Assembly (NCBI GenBank): GCA_038897035.1
Contig: JAWAXF010000001.1
Location: forward strand, 27,895 to 91,894
Length of the DNA: 64,000 nucleotides
Direction: 5' to 3'
DNA from: Candidatus Bathyarchaeia archaeon
GTDB lineage: Archaea; Thermoproteota; Bathyarchaeia; Bathyarchaeales; DTEX01
Shown here piece after piece: positions 20,262 to 30,346 of this stretch. The notes beneath the pieces are model-generated. The model ran no database searches, was not told the origin of the DNA, and saw only the letters and a program-made list of their open reading frames with translations. Position 1 is the first letter of the stretch. Each line of letters starts with the position of its first letter. Made by a program: the position numbers and the translations under genes.

Positions 20262-20903
20262 CTAAGCCAAGAGCCTCTTAGCCAGAGTCTCAGCCCTCTT
20301 CAGGTCTAGGGGTGCATTAATGTTCACGAATGTGTGCATCTTTGGGTCTATCTTCTCAACGACCAGCGTAGATATGTAGCGGATACCCTTCAGCAGCGAT
20401 ATCATTGCCCGCATACTATAGCTGCCTCCCTCAAAGGCCCTCCTAGCGGCCCTAAGGGCGGCCTCAGTCCTATAAACTGCCTGAAGCGGCTCTATGAAGC
20501 CCTCTGGCCACCGGAGAACTGCAGCATTAACGCCTGCTGCCGCATTGAACAGCAGATCTATGAGCCCCGCGGAGACAAACGGCGTGTCGCATGGCAGAAT
20601 GGCCGAGTAGCCACCCCTAGCATTCATCAACCCGGTATAAGCGCCCCTAAGCGGGCACTCTGGGAGACCTTCCTCATCGGCGATTATCCTACACTCCTTG
20701 GGGAGAATTTGGGAGTAAGATGGTATTTGGGAGCGGTCCTTCAAGCAGACTATAACCTCATCGACAATACTCTGAACCCTACTGACAACATGCATTATCA
20801 ATGGTCTATTGGCTAGCTGCGCTAGGCCCCTATCGCATCCAAGCCTCCCTGAGCCATTGCCAGCGAGTATAATGGTGGTTCTCTCCACTATCTTCTCTCC
20901 CAA
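20262..20903 (-). CDS. MobA-like NTP transferase
   Basis: ILAG..S.RLG.D, PCDTPF, EPLQAVY, FVNIN motifs, partly degenerate. Confidence 0.75.
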   Translation of the reverse strand: MGEKIVERTTIILAGNGSGRLGCDRGLAQLANRPLIMHVVSRVQSIVDEVIVCLKDRSQIPSYSQILPKECRIIADEEGLPECPLRGAYTGLMNARGGYSAILPCDTPFVSAGLIDLLFNAAAGVNAAVLRWPEGFIEPLQAVYRTEAALRAARRAFEGGSYSMRAMISLLKGIRYISTLVVEKIDPKMHTFVNINAPLDLKRAETLAKRLLA

Positions 20904-21781
20904 ATCATTGCCCTCTTAATAATATAGTCGACTATTTCATCGGCTATATTGACGCCCGTTACCGTCTGGAGCCCCATCCAGCCCGGCTGACTATTCAGTT
21001 CGACGATGAATGGGCCCCTATCGCTCTCGAGGATATCTACGCCGCTAACCTCGCAGCCAATGACCTCAGAGGCCCTTATAGCTAAGTCCTCGATCTCCTT
21101 GGTGGGCCTGTAGGGAACTGGAGTGGCACCTAAGCTGACGTTTGTCTTCCACATGTTAGCGACCCTACGCATGGCCGCTATAACCATCCCACCGAGCACA
21201 AATAGCCTCAGATCATAATTTCCATGCGGTATATACTCCTGAACATATATGACCTGGTGGTGGAACTCTAGGGCCCTGAATATCCTATCGGCGACGTCGG
21301 GGTCAGAGACCCTTGTCGAGCCTATCCCGCGGGAGCCAAATATGGGCTTTATAACGACGTCTCCGCCCAGCTCGTGAAAGGCCTTTAGGGCCTCCCTCGC
21401 ACTCTCGGTAACAACCGTTCTTGGTACTGGTAGGCCAGCCTCCTCAAGGAGCGCTAGGGCATAGTACTTATCAACTGAGCGCTCGATCGCGTGGGGCGGA
21501 TTAATAATATATAGGCCCTGCCTCCTCAACCTATGCAGTAAATCCATCCTGAAGATTATTTCTTCTAGGGAGCCGCGCCCGATCGGCCGGACAATTATCG
21601 CCCTTAACACCCTCAAAATATCCACGTCTCCCAGAGAGGCCTCGGGCTTGAGGCCGACCCTCGCCGCTAGGCTCCTGAAGCTGAAGCATAACGGCTGGAG
21701 ACCACGCTTGGTGATGGCATCCCTAAGCTGAGCCGTACACCAGGAGTTCTCATTCCTCGTCAATATACCTATCTTCTCCAT
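20888..21781 (-). CDS. RimK-family ATP-grasp alpha-L-glutamate ligase (MptN/CofF-like)
   Basis: GSLEEIIFRMDLL, DKY, LPVPRT, KPIFGSRGIG, WKTNVSLGA, ELNSQPGW. Confidence 0.88.
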   Translation of the reverse strand: MEKIGILTRNENSWCTAQLRDAITKRGLQPLCFSFRSLAARVGLKPEASLGDVDILRVLRAIIVRPIGRGSLEEIIFRMDLLHRLRRQGLYIINPPHAIERSVDKYYALALLEEAGLPVPRTVVTESAREALKAFHELGGDVVIKPIFGSRGIGSTRVSDPDVADRIFRALEFHHQVIYVQEYIPHGNYDLRLFVLGGMVIAAMRRVANMWKTNVSLGATPVPYRPTKEIEDLAIRASEVIGCEVSGVDILESDRGPFIVELNSQPGWMGLQTVTGVNIADEIVDYIIKRAMIWERR

Positions 21782-21919
21782 AAGTCTCCTCGCAACACCC
21801 CGCTTGTTAACCCTTATAGCCTAAATTTTATTCCGCTCTAATTAAACTAAGCGGCCAAAGATATATTTCGGGCAGATAAGCTTTTAAGTAACCTCGCTAT
21901 ACTCCGCTGGGTGTAGGGG

Positions 21920-22417
21920 ATGATCTTAGTTAATAGGCCGCGCATCTCGAGGTACATCGCCGGATTGTACTTGGCGATAATATTGTTTGTAGCTGGGGAA
22001 ACGGCGCTCCTGATATATGTCCTTCCCCAATCACTACTAAAATTTTTAGTTGCTGTAGTGCTAGCCGCTATAGAGGATGTGCTAATCCTTCTACTGATCT
22101 CGATCTATAGGACGAAATATATTATTACAGGCAATGAACTCATCATAAAGGCGACTAAGCTTATAGGCGGCTCAAAGCGCATTCGTCTAGAGGATATAAT
22201 AAGCGCTGAGAGAACCCTAATACCATTTAGCATAAGACTACTTGGAGCTAGCCTATATGGAGGATACCACTATATCCCTGGACTTGGAAGAGCCTTCATG
22301 ACAATGACGAACTTTAATGATGGAGTCCTATTAAGGACGGTTCATGGAAACTATATTATAACTCCAAGGGAGCCCGAAAGGTTCATTGAAAACATTAATG
22401 CTATGAGGGGGTGCTAG
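21920..22417 (+). CDS. Membrane protein with bacterial PH-like domain
   Basis: Two N-terminal TM segments followed by TKYIITGNELII...YIITPREPERFIE. Confidence 0.65.
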   Translation: MILVNRPRISRYIAGLYLAIILFVAGETALLIYVLPQSLLKFLVAVVLAAIEDVLILLLISIYRTKYIITGNELIIKATKLIGGSKRIRLEDIISAERTLIPFSIRLLGASLYGGYHYIPGLGRAFMTMTNFNDGVLLRTVHGNYIITPREPERFIENINAMRGC

Positions 22418-22419
22418 GT

Positions 22420-23115
22420 ATGGACGTTTATGTGGGTACATCCGGTTGGCTCTATTTTTGGAATGAGGAAGGAACCCTTGACTGGTACATTAGGAACTCC
22501 GGTCTGAATGCTGTTGAGCTGAACATGAGCTTCTATAGGTTCCCGTTTCCAAGAGCGGTTAGGTCTTGGAGGGATAAGGGCTCCAGCCTCAGATGGGCAA
22601 TTAAAGTAAATAGACTGATAACTCATCAGTTTAAGCTTAACGAGAGGGCGCTGGAGAGCTGGAGGAAATTTAGGAGCCTCTTCGAGCCAATGGACCACCT
22701 AATAGACTTCTACCTCCTTCAGCTACCACCTTCGATGAAGGCATCCTCCATCCAAAGGATAGAGCTGTTCGCTAATAATACCGGTTTAGGGGAGCGGCTC
22801 GCCCTTGAGCCTAGGCACATGAGCTGGTTTAGTGATGACGAGGTTATTAGTTGGGCATCTAATCTCGGCGTAACTCTAGTTAGCGTCGACTCGCCTAGCT
22901 TCCCCCTAAAAATCTTCAACACGAATGGCATAGTCTACGTTAGGATGCATGGGAGGACTGCATGGTACTCCCACTACTATACTGATGATGAGCTAATAGA
23001 GGTTAAAGAGAGGATTTTAGAGTTAGGTCCAGAGAAGATCTACATCTTCTTTAACAATGACACAAGTATGCTTGAGAACGCCCAGCGGATGCTATCCCTC
23101 TTCAGGAGGGGATAA
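22420..23115 (+). CDS. DUF72 family protein
   Basis: YVGTSGW, VELNMSFYR, QLPPS, EPRH.SW, YVRMHGR, FFNND. Confidence 0.92.
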   Translation: MDVYVGTSGWLYFWNEEGTLDWYIRNSGLNAVELNMSFYRFPFPRAVRSWRDKGSSLRWAIKVNRLITHQFKLNERALESWRKFRSLFEPMDHLIDFYLLQLPPSMKASSIQRIELFANNTGLGERLALEPRHMSWFSDDEVISWASNLGVTLVSVDSPSFPLKIFNTNGIVYVRMHGRTAWYSHYYTDDELIEVKERILELGPEKIYIFFNNDTSMLENAQRMLSLFRRG

Positions 23116-23120
23116 TGCCC

Positions 23121-24458
23121 CTAAATTATCTCCGCCTCAAGATAATTTGCACGTGCCTTAACAACCTTAACGTTAATGAATTCTCCAAGCAGATTCTTCT
23201 GGCTCCTAACGACTATTGGCTTATAGGCATAGTTCCTCCCGATCCACGAGTCACTCGAGCCCTTCTCGTCAATAAGTATCTCCCCCTCCCACCTAACCCA
23301 CCGCATATTCATCTCTAATGAGATTCTGCTCGCAAGTTCTGTTGCCGCTCGGCTTCTCAGGGCAATATCCCTGCTATCAATTTGCTTCATCCTCGCAGCC
23401 GGGGTGTTAGGTCTCGGGAAGAACTTTGATATGTTAACGATGTCCGGCTTAACATCCTCTATCAGTTGTAGTGTCCTCTCAAAGGCCTCTTCGTCCTCGC
23501 CTGGGAAACCACAGATTACATCCGTCGCAACAGTTATCTCCGGGATCTCCCTCCTAAAAGACTCAATTATATTCTTGAACTCCTCGACGGTATATTTGCG
23601 GTTCATCGCCCTCAGGACTTCATTATCCCCGCTTTGGACTGGGATGTGAAGGAACTTGAATACATGTTCATCCTTGTAGGCTTCCATTAGGTCTGGGAGC
23701 ATCTTTATAGTGTGGTTTGGGTTCATCATCCCAACCCTAATAAAGAACTTACCATCAACACTACAGCAGTCTTTAAGTAGCTCAACGAGGTCTGTCCCTA
23801 TATCTGCTCCGTATGCTCCGCTGTCTTGTGAGGTTAGCCATACCTCCCTAACCCCATCGTAGACGGCCGACTTAAGCCTACTCACAATAAGCTCCCTTGG
23901 GTATGAGAATAGTCTGCCCCTAGCGAACCTAACACAGCAGTATGCACATGCGCCGAGACACCCCTCAGAGATCGAGATTATCTCGATCACCCTATTAAGC
24001 CTAATCTTAGGCTGACCCGGCTTCACTATCGGCTTCTCCGAGAAAAATATCCTGTTCTTTTCTCCATCCTCCGCAGCCTTCAAAGCTAAGACCACTTTAT
24101 CAATGCTATAGGGGTCTAGCACCGCTGAGAAATTCGGAGCGGCGCTCAATACCGCCTTAAAATTTATCTTCGGTAAACAGCCCGCAATGATAAGCGGCTT
24201 ACCGAGCCCACCAAAGAAGCGTATCTTACCGATCATGCGGTCCTCTGTAGGCTTCTTCACACCACAAGTGTTAACTAGGATTATATCGGCATCCTCAGCC
24301 CTACTAACCACCCTATAGCCCGCATTGATTATATGGGCAAGCATCATCTCTAAGTCAGCCCTATTCGCAGCGCATCCGTAACTCTCAATATAAATAGTCT
24401 TCCCTAAGACCCCAACATTTCCATCGAGACCAAATCTTACAGGAGTTGTTTCTTCCAT
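23121..24458 (-). CDS. mtaB: tRNA t6A37 methylthiotransferase (archaeal MtaB/CDKAL1 type)
   Basis: ESYGC.AN, NTCGVK, EGCLGACAYC, RVGMMNP, HIPVQSG, C-terminal TRAM domain. Confidence 0.92.
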   Translation of the reverse strand: MEETTPVRFGLDGNVGVLGKTIYIESYGCAANRADLEMMLAHIINAGYRVVSRAEDADIILVNTCGVKKPTEDRMIGKIRFFGGLGKPLIIAGCLPKINFKAVLSAAPNFSAVLDPYSIDKVVLALKAAEDGEKNRIFFSEKPIVKPGQPKIRLNRVIEIISISEGCLGACAYCCVRFARGRLFSYPRELIVSRLKSAVYDGVREVWLTSQDSGAYGADIGTDLVELLKDCCSVDGKFFIRVGMMNPNHTIKMLPDLMEAYKDEHVFKFLHIPVQSGDNEVLRAMNRKYTVEEFKNIIESFRREIPEITVATDVICGFPGEDEEAFERTLQLIEDVKPDIVNISKFFPRPNTPAARMKQIDSRDIALRSRAATELASRISLEMNMRWVRWEGEILIDEKGSSDSWIGRNYAYKPIVVRSQKNLLGEFINVKVVKARANYLEAEII

Positions 24459-24703
24459 GAGTTGAGCTCTAAAACAAAGGAGAAGAATCCGGCGATATAA
24501 ACTTGACCTCCAATTTTTACAAGAAATTGTCTTAACTTATGAGGTGCGGGAGATGATGATGTGACTGTATTTCTGATAATACTCTAAAACTTATGAATAA
24601 AAGTTTTATAAAATGAAGGCACGAAGATGTTTGAATTATATTTTGATATTAATATGTAGATTTTATGCTTTTACTTGCGTGAGCTTTTCTGTGGTGGCCA
24701 GAT

Positions 24704-24871
24704 ATGAAGTTGATAACAATTTACCTCCCCGAACCATATTTAGAGGCCTTAGATGAGCTGGTTAACAAGAAACTCTATCCTCATAGGGCCGAAGCCATTA
24801 GAGCTGCTATACGTGACTTAATTGAGGTTGAGCTGTGGGGTAGGAAGGGCCATGTCAAAGCTGGCAGATAA
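24704..24871 (+). CDS. cdrS: Ribbon-helix-helix regulator, CdrS-like (55 aa, absent from the ORF track)
   Basis: [40 protein letters not shown]; overlaps the ftsZ start as in archaeal cdrS-ftsZ operons. Confidence 0.85.
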   Translation: MKLITIYLPEPYLEALDELVNKKLYPHRAEAIRAAIRDLIEVELWGRKGHVKAGR

Positions 24872-25973
24872 AGCATTACAGTATGTGTGGAGTGAGAGCT
24901 TGCCGGGTGGTTTAAGGGAGCCTGGTTACTGCCGAATACTCGTCATCGGGGTCGGCGGGGCAGGAAATAATACCGTGAATAGGCTTATGGAGATGGGTGT
25001 AGCCGGGGCCGAGTGTATAGCAATAAATACCGATCTACAGCATCTGAATGCCGTACACGCCCACCAGAAGATCCTTATTGGTGAGAAGATCACCCGCGGT
25101 TTAGGCTCAGGCGGAGACCCAAATATTGGAAGAGCAGCCATCGAGGAGTCGATTGAGCAGGTTGACAAAGCTATAAATGATGTTGATATAGTGTTTGTGA
25201 CGGCTGGGATGGGCGGGGGCACTGGCACGGGGGCCGCTCCTGCTGTCGCTAAGCTTGCCCGCGAGAAGGGCGCCATCGTCATCGGAGTTGTTACAATGCC
25301 ATTTAAGATAGAAAAGGGTAGAATTAACATCGCCTTAAAGGGATTGAATGATATGCGTAGGGAGTGCGACACGGTCATAGTTATTGACAATAATAAGCTA
25401 ATGTGGCTTGTGCCCCATCTGCCAATAAATGAGGCTTTTAGGGTCGGTGACCAAGTCTTAGCCAATATGATTAAAGGTATAACTGAAGTAGTGTCCATGC
25501 CAAGCCTAATAAATCTGGACTTCGCCGATTTTAGGACAATAGTGAGGCGTGGTGGTGTTGCCATCGCTGGTATAGGTGAGTCTAATGCGCCCAACAGGGC
25601 TGAGGATGCTGTTCAAAAAGCCCTTAGGATGCCGCTCCTAGATGTGGATTATAGTGGAGCGAATGGAGCCCTAATCCACGTGGCAGGCGATGAGAGCCTA
25701 ACGATTGAGGAGGCAAATACCGTCGGCGAGATAATAACCCAAATGATGAGCGATGATGCTCTAGTAATATGGGGTGCTAGAGTAGACCCGAACCTTAAAA
25801 ACACCCTTAGAGTTACACTTATTATGACTGGAGTCAAGTCGCCGTATATACTCGGCGGGTATGGATCTAAGACGCCGGAGCTATATGACTTAGACCCAGA
25901 ATCGGCAAAGAAGCCTGAGAAAATCGGCGTAAGCGAGCTTGGACTACAGGGGATTCCTGTCCTCGAAAGCTAA
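24852..25973 (+). CDS. ftsZ: Cell division protein FtsZ
   Basis: [33 protein letters not shown]. Confidence 0.96.
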   Translation: MSKLADKALQYVWSESLPGGLREPGYCRILVIGVGGAGNNTVNRLMEMGVAGAECIAINTDLQHLNAVHAHQKILIGEKITRGLGSGGDPNIGRAAIEESIEQVDKAINDVDIVFVTAGMGGGTGTGAAPAVAKLAREKGAIVIGVVTMPFKIEKGRINIALKGLNDMRRECDTVIVIDNNKLMWLVPHLPINEAFRVGDQVLANMIKGITEVVSMPSLINLDFADFRTIVRRGGVAIAGIGESNAPNRAEDAVQKALRMPLLDVDYSGANGALIHVAGDESLTIEEANTVGEIITQMMSDDALVIWGARVDPNLKNTLRVTLIMTGVKSPYILGGYGSKTPELYDLDPESAKKPEKIGVSELGLQGIPVLES

Positions 25974-26651
25974 CATTCTCCCTTTTCGTCTAAAGATACT
26001 CTTTATTCTAAGCGCAAAGGGCATTCCAGCACCAATTGGTGTGGTTAACCCCCTCTTTATTGACCCAACAATCGAGTCTACGCTCCTTTCCTCGGTATTT
26101 ATAAGCGTGTATGCTAAGCCGATGGCCTCCACAATATGCGAGTCGCTCCCAGCAGTCTGTGGCAGATTATAGTCCTCGGCAAACTTCTTACATGCTTGAA
26201 CTGATAGCTTGAATGGGAAGAGCGATGAGTTTATAACCTCTATTGCATCAAAGCCTAGAGATAGGATTTTAGGGCTTAGGTCTATCCCGCCCTTAAAGAG
26301 AGATTGAGGATGGGCCGCCACGGCTATCCCGCCGGCCTCATGAATCCCTTCAATCGTCTCCTCCATGCTCAGCCCCATTGGAATAGATTCGGTAACGTTC
26401 AATCCTATTATGTGGCCCCTTTTGGTAGAGACCTCTATGCCAGGTATTATTATTGGCGGGCGCTCCAGCCCCGCATCTGAAACAACTTTACAGGCCTCTA
26501 AGGCGCCCTCTATGGTGTCATGGTCTGTTATGGCAACTCCATCTAAATGCTTCCTCTTAACCTCCGCTAAAAGGCTCTTTAGGGTTATGTTGCTGTCACC
26601 GGAATAGCATGTATGAACGTGTAGGTCAATTTTAAGCGGCATTTTAAACAC
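25944..26651 (-). CDS. PHP domain metallohydrolase
   Basis: DLHVHT, ITDHD, GIEVST..GH, AAHP, GSDSH. Confidence 0.9.
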   Translation of the reverse strand: MFKMPLKIDLHVHTCYSGDSNITLKSLLAEVKRKHLDGVAITDHDTIEGALEACKVVSDAGLERPPIIIPGIEVSTKRGHIIGLNVTESIPMGLSMEETIEGIHEAGGIAVAAHPQSLFKGGIDLSPKILSLGFDAIEVINSSLFPFKLSVQACKKFAEDYNLPQTAGSDSHIVEAIGLAYTLINTEERSVDSIVGSIKRGLTTPIGAGMPFALRIKSIFRRKGRMLAFEDRNPL

Positions 26652-28648
26652 TATCTCACTTTGCTTCCAGGTCTTATTGGAGCCTCTGGCACAATTAGTA
26701 CTAGGTTATCCCCGTCCTCGGCTGCCAATATCATAGCCTCGGAATCTATGCCAAAGACACGCCTAGGCTTTAGGTTCACCACAACAGTGACATATTTCCC
26801 CTTAAGATCCTCAGGCCTATAATATTTCGCTATCCCAGATATGCACGTTCTGAGGGAGCCGCCGACGTCAATCGTTAGCTTCAGCAGGTTCTGTGAACCC
26901 GCCACCCTCTCAGCCTCAACCACCCTTCCTACGCAAATGTCCAATTTCGAGAACTCTTCGTAAGATACCTTCTCGGATTTCTCTCTTATCTTCTCAAGCA
27001 TGCCCTGTAACTCCTCCTCAGAGACGCTTATCTTCGTGAATAACGGCTCGGCCCTGTTAATCTTGTGGCCTGAGGGAAGCGGCTTATAGGCATCATCCCA
27101 CGAGACCCCCTCGGGTATATTCAGCATCTCACGGAGCCTACGCGCAGTTATAGGTATAAACGGCTCCAGTATTACTGAGAGGGTCTTGACTATCTGGGCT
27201 GATATATAAAGCGTGTTCGCGGCTACCTGCGCATCCGACTTTATGATCTCCCATGGTCTCTTCTCGTTCAGATACCTGTTCCCAGCCCGGCTTAGCTCCA
27301 CCACCTCCTTGAGGGCTGCTTGGAGCTGACAGTTCTCGAGGAGTTCGCTAACGGCCTTAACCTTCTCATGAATTATGTCCAGTGTTGTCTCATCAATGTC
27401 GTCCAGGTTCATTGGGGTTGGAATCACACCTCTGAAGTAGGTATTTATGAACTTGAGGGTTCTGTGTATGAAGTTCCCGAGGGTATCGTTTAGGTCGGCG
27501 TTAACCTTCTCTATAAATACCTTCCAGGTGAAGTCCGAGTCCTTCGTCTCAGGCCTTATTGCTATCAGCGTGTATCTCCAGTAGTCTGCCGGGAACATTT
27601 CAAGGGCCTCATCTATCCAGACACCTATCCTCCTACTCTTAGACGACTTCTGGCCCGCGAAGATAAGCCACTCGTTGGTGCAGACATTCCATGGCAGATT
27701 ATAGTCCTCGTGGGTGGCCATTAATAAGGCTGGGAGGATCAGCGTGTGGAAGGGTATGTTATCCTTCCCTATAAAGTAGAGGGTTCTCGTACTCTCATCG
27801 AACCAGTAATTCCTCCACCCCTCATCGTCACCGCGTCTCTTAAAATACTCTATTGTTGCCGAGACGTAGCCTAAAACGGCATCGAACCAGACGTATATAG
27901 TCTTATCTTCAGCGCCCTTGAATGGTGCTGGTATACCCCACTTATTATCCCTGGTTATCGGCCTAGGCCTTAAGCCCTCCTTTATGAGGTTTAGGCTGAA
28001 GTTTCTTGCGTTTTCTGGAAGTCTCTTATTTCCCTCAATATATGCTAGCAGCCTATCCGTAAATTTTGGCATATCGAAGTACCAGTGCTTGACGGTTCTG
28101 GTGGCGGGCTTAGATCCGCATATGGCGCATCTAGGCTCAATTAGCTTTGTTGGCTCTAGTAGGCGCCCACACTGCTCGCACTGGTCTCCACGTGCTCTCT
28201 CGTACCCGCAGTATGGGCATAATCCCTCAACGAATCTATCTGGCAGAAAGCGCTGGCACTTCTCGCAGTATGGTAGCTCATCCTCCCTGACGAATACGTA
28301 GCCATTCTCCTCTATCTTAAGCATGACGCTCCTAACAAACTCCCTATGAACCTCGCTCTCAGTCCTAGTGTAGTTATCGAAGGATATCGCCCAATTCCCA
28401 AAGAGCCGCGTGACTATCTCGTGGTTTCTATCAGTTAATTCCTTGGGCGATATATTCTGTCTTATTGCCTCAACCTCTATCGGCGTGCCGTGTTCATCAG
28501 AGCCGCTTACAAAGAGAACCTCCTCACCCCTAAGCCTATAATAGCGGGCGACAACATCCGCTGAGAGAATGGGCAGCAGATTTCCTAGGTGAGGTATATG
28601 GTTAATGTATGGCCAAGCAGCGGTGACTAGGACCCTTCCGAGTTTGAT
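26651..28648 (-). CDS. metG: Methionine--tRNA ligase with C-terminal tRNA-binding domain; N-terminus extends about 106 codons beyond the tracked ORF with no canonical start
   Basis: In frame upstream of ATG 28324: GRVLVTAAWPYINHIPHLGN, SGSDEHGTPI, FDNYTRT; also YVWFDA, GKDNIPFH, KSSKS. Confidence 0.93.
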   Translation of the reverse strand: MKLGRVLVTAAWPYINHIPHLGNLLPILSADVVARYYRLRGEEVLFVSGSDEHGTPIEVEAIRQNISPKELTDRNHEIVTRLFGNWAISFDNYTRTESEVHREFVRSVMLKIEENGYVFVREDELPYCEKCQRFLPDRFVEGLCPYCGYERARGDQCEQCGRLLEPTKLIEPRCAICGSKPATRTVKHWYFDMPKFTDRLLAYIEGNKRLPENARNFSLNLIKEGLRPRPITRDNKWGIPAPFKGAEDKTIYVWFDAVLGYVSATIEYFKRRGDDEGWRNYWFDESTRTLYFIGKDNIPFHTLILPALLMATHEDYNLPWNVCTNEWLIFAGQKSSKSRRIGVWIDEALEMFPADYWRYTLIAIRPETKDSDFTWKVFIEKVNADLNDTLGNFIHRTLKFINTYFRGVIPTPMNLDDIDETTLDIIHEKVKAVSELLENCQLQAALKEVVELSRAGNRYLNEKRPWEIIKSDAQVAANTLYISAQIVKTLSVILEPFIPITARRLREMLNIPEGVSWDDAYKPLPSGHKINRAEPLFTKISVSEEELQGMLEKIREKSEKVSYEEFSKLDICVGRVVEAERVAGSQNLLKLTIDVGGSLRTCISGIAKYYRPEDLKGKYVTVVVNLKPRRVFGIDSEAMILAAEDGDNLVLIVPEAPIRPGSKVR

Positions 28649-28726
28649 GCACCCCCACTAGCAGAAATAATCTTAATATCTCATACTTAAGTAAAACGGC
28701 TATAAAGGGCTGAAGGCAGTGCGGTC

Positions 28727-29422
28727 TTAGCTGCTTGCCCTATCTATTTTTCTCACGTTTGTCCTCGTGCCTACGTACGCCGTATGCGCCATATCCAAGA
28801 ATAAGCCCGTTTCAACAACGCCAGGGATCATCTTCAATATCTCATTTAATTTATAGGGGTTCTCAATAACCCCGAAGTCGACATCCAATATGAAGTTTCC
28901 ATTATCAGTCACATACGGCACGCCTTTTCCCACCTCACGTAGAATTGTTTTTCCTCCAATCTCCCTTATCCTCTTAGATACAAGGGGCACACCAAATGGT
29001 AATACCTCGACCGGCACGGTCTGACCTCTACCCAGCTTATCCGTTAACTTCCTCTCGTCCGCAACTATTATCAGCCGCTTAGACGAGGCTGCAACAATCT
29101 TCTCCCTAGTCAACGCCCCGCCCATACCCTTTATCAAATTTAACACCGGATCTATTTGGTCGGCACCATCAATTGTTAGATCTATTACTGGGTGCTCATG
29201 TAAGGTCGTTACGGGTATGCCGCACTTAACTGCCAGTAGGAATGATTGGTATGATGTTGGTATTCCTAGAAGATGTAGGCCCTCCTCCTTAACCCTGCGC
29301 CCAATCTCCTCTATGGCGTAGGCGGCCGTTGAGCCGGAGCCGAGGCCTACAACAAAGCCATCTCTAACGCACTTAACAGCCTCTAAGGCAGCCCTCCTCT
29401 TAGCATCCTCAACCCAATCCAA
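28727..29422 (-). CDS. rpiA: Ribose-5-phosphate isomerase A
   Basis: GLGSGST, DGADQ, IKGMGGALTREKI, TDNGNFILD, PGVVETGLF. Confidence 0.95.
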   Translation of the reverse strand: MDWVEDAKRRAALEAVKCVRDGFVVGLGSGSTAAYAIEEIGRRVKEEGLHLLGIPTSYQSFLLAVKCGIPVTTLHEHPVIDLTIDGADQIDPVLNLIKGMGGALTREKIVAASSKRLIIVADERKLTDKLGRGQTVPVEVLPFGVPLVSKRIREIGGKTILREVGKGVPYVTDNGNFILDVDFGVIENPYKLNEILKMIPGVVETGLFLDMAHTAYVGTRTNVRKIDRASS

Positions 29423-29429
29423 GCCTACA

Positions 29430-30188
29430 CTACTCCTCGGTCTCTATCTGACTCAGTCTACTAAGAACCTTCTCTATCTCAGCCACTATCTTCTCAATAC
29501 TTTTGTCAGCCTCGCCTCCCTCAGATGGCCTCTCGGCTTCCTCCCCAACCTCACCTCCCTCAGCGGCCTTTGGCTTAACAGCCTCCTTCCGCCTCTTCTG
29601 TACAGCTGGCCTCTCAACCCTCTCCTCTTGCATAGGTGCTTGCTCTCTGGCTTCTTCTACCTTAACCTCCTCCCCCAACGGTTTAACGGTCTGTTCCGTG
29701 GGCCTTGGGCTAATTACGGCTTTAAGTTCCTCAATTCTCTTATCAATTATCTCAAGTCTCTCAGAGAACATTTTAATGAACTCCTCTCTCATCCTCTCCA
29801 GCTCATTGAGCGCCATTATTGTCTCGCCGCGCGCTATCTCTTCCTTGACCCTCTCCAAATCCTCCCTGTATTTTTTGGCTAATGCGTCCCTCTCCTCAGA
29901 AGTTATCCTCCCCTCCGCCTGGGCCTCATAAAGTCTCCTTATAGCGTAGCTCAGAATCTCTCTTTCGACATCGAGTATCCTTAGCTTACCCTTAACCTCT
30001 CTGACGAACTCATCAGAAACAGACCTGCCGGTGGGTAAAAGCTTCTCTACCGTTACATCACCCTTCACCGGCTTCGTTTCATCTTTCAGGTACCTTCTTC
30101 TCTCCTTCTCTATCAGAAATAGTACCACTAATGCTACCGTAGTGGCCCCTAACACGATGGTCAGGTAAAACCATATTTCTTCGGGCAA
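29430..30188 (-). CDS. Membrane-anchored coiled-coil hypothetical protein
   Basis: N-terminal TM helix, long E/K/R-rich helices, acidic linker, amphipathic C-terminal helix. Confidence 0.7.
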   Translation of the reverse strand: MPEEIWFYLTIVLGATTVALVVLFLIEKERRRYLKDETKPVKGDVTVEKLLPTGRSVSDEFVREVKGKLRILDVEREILSYAIRRLYEAQAEGRITSEERDALAKKYREDLERVKEEIARGETIMALNELERMREEFIKMFSERLEIIDKRIEELKAVISPRPTEQTVKPLGEEVKVEEAREQAPMQEERVERPAVQKRRKEAVKPKAAEGGEVGEEAERPSEGGEADKSIEKIVAEIEKVLSRLSQIETEE

Positions 30189-30346
30189 ATCTCCAGCCCC
30201 TTTACTCTACATTATAGTTTCACAAGAATTGGGAAATATAACTTTCCGTAGCTTATAGTCCATATACATCACTTATCTATACCCTTCTGGCCACACTATA
30301 AAGTACAGCGAGATTATGCCCACGATAATCGCTGGCAAAGGAGCGC

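Noticed and set aside
24553-24576. ATGATGA-13 nt-CTGA resembling half of a C/D sRNA
   Set aside because: No terminal stem and no convincing second box pair; it lies in an AT-rich divergent promoter region.
28640-28690. Intron joining an upstream ATG (about 28684) to GGA AGG of metG
   Set aside because: No BHB pairing at the required boundaries.
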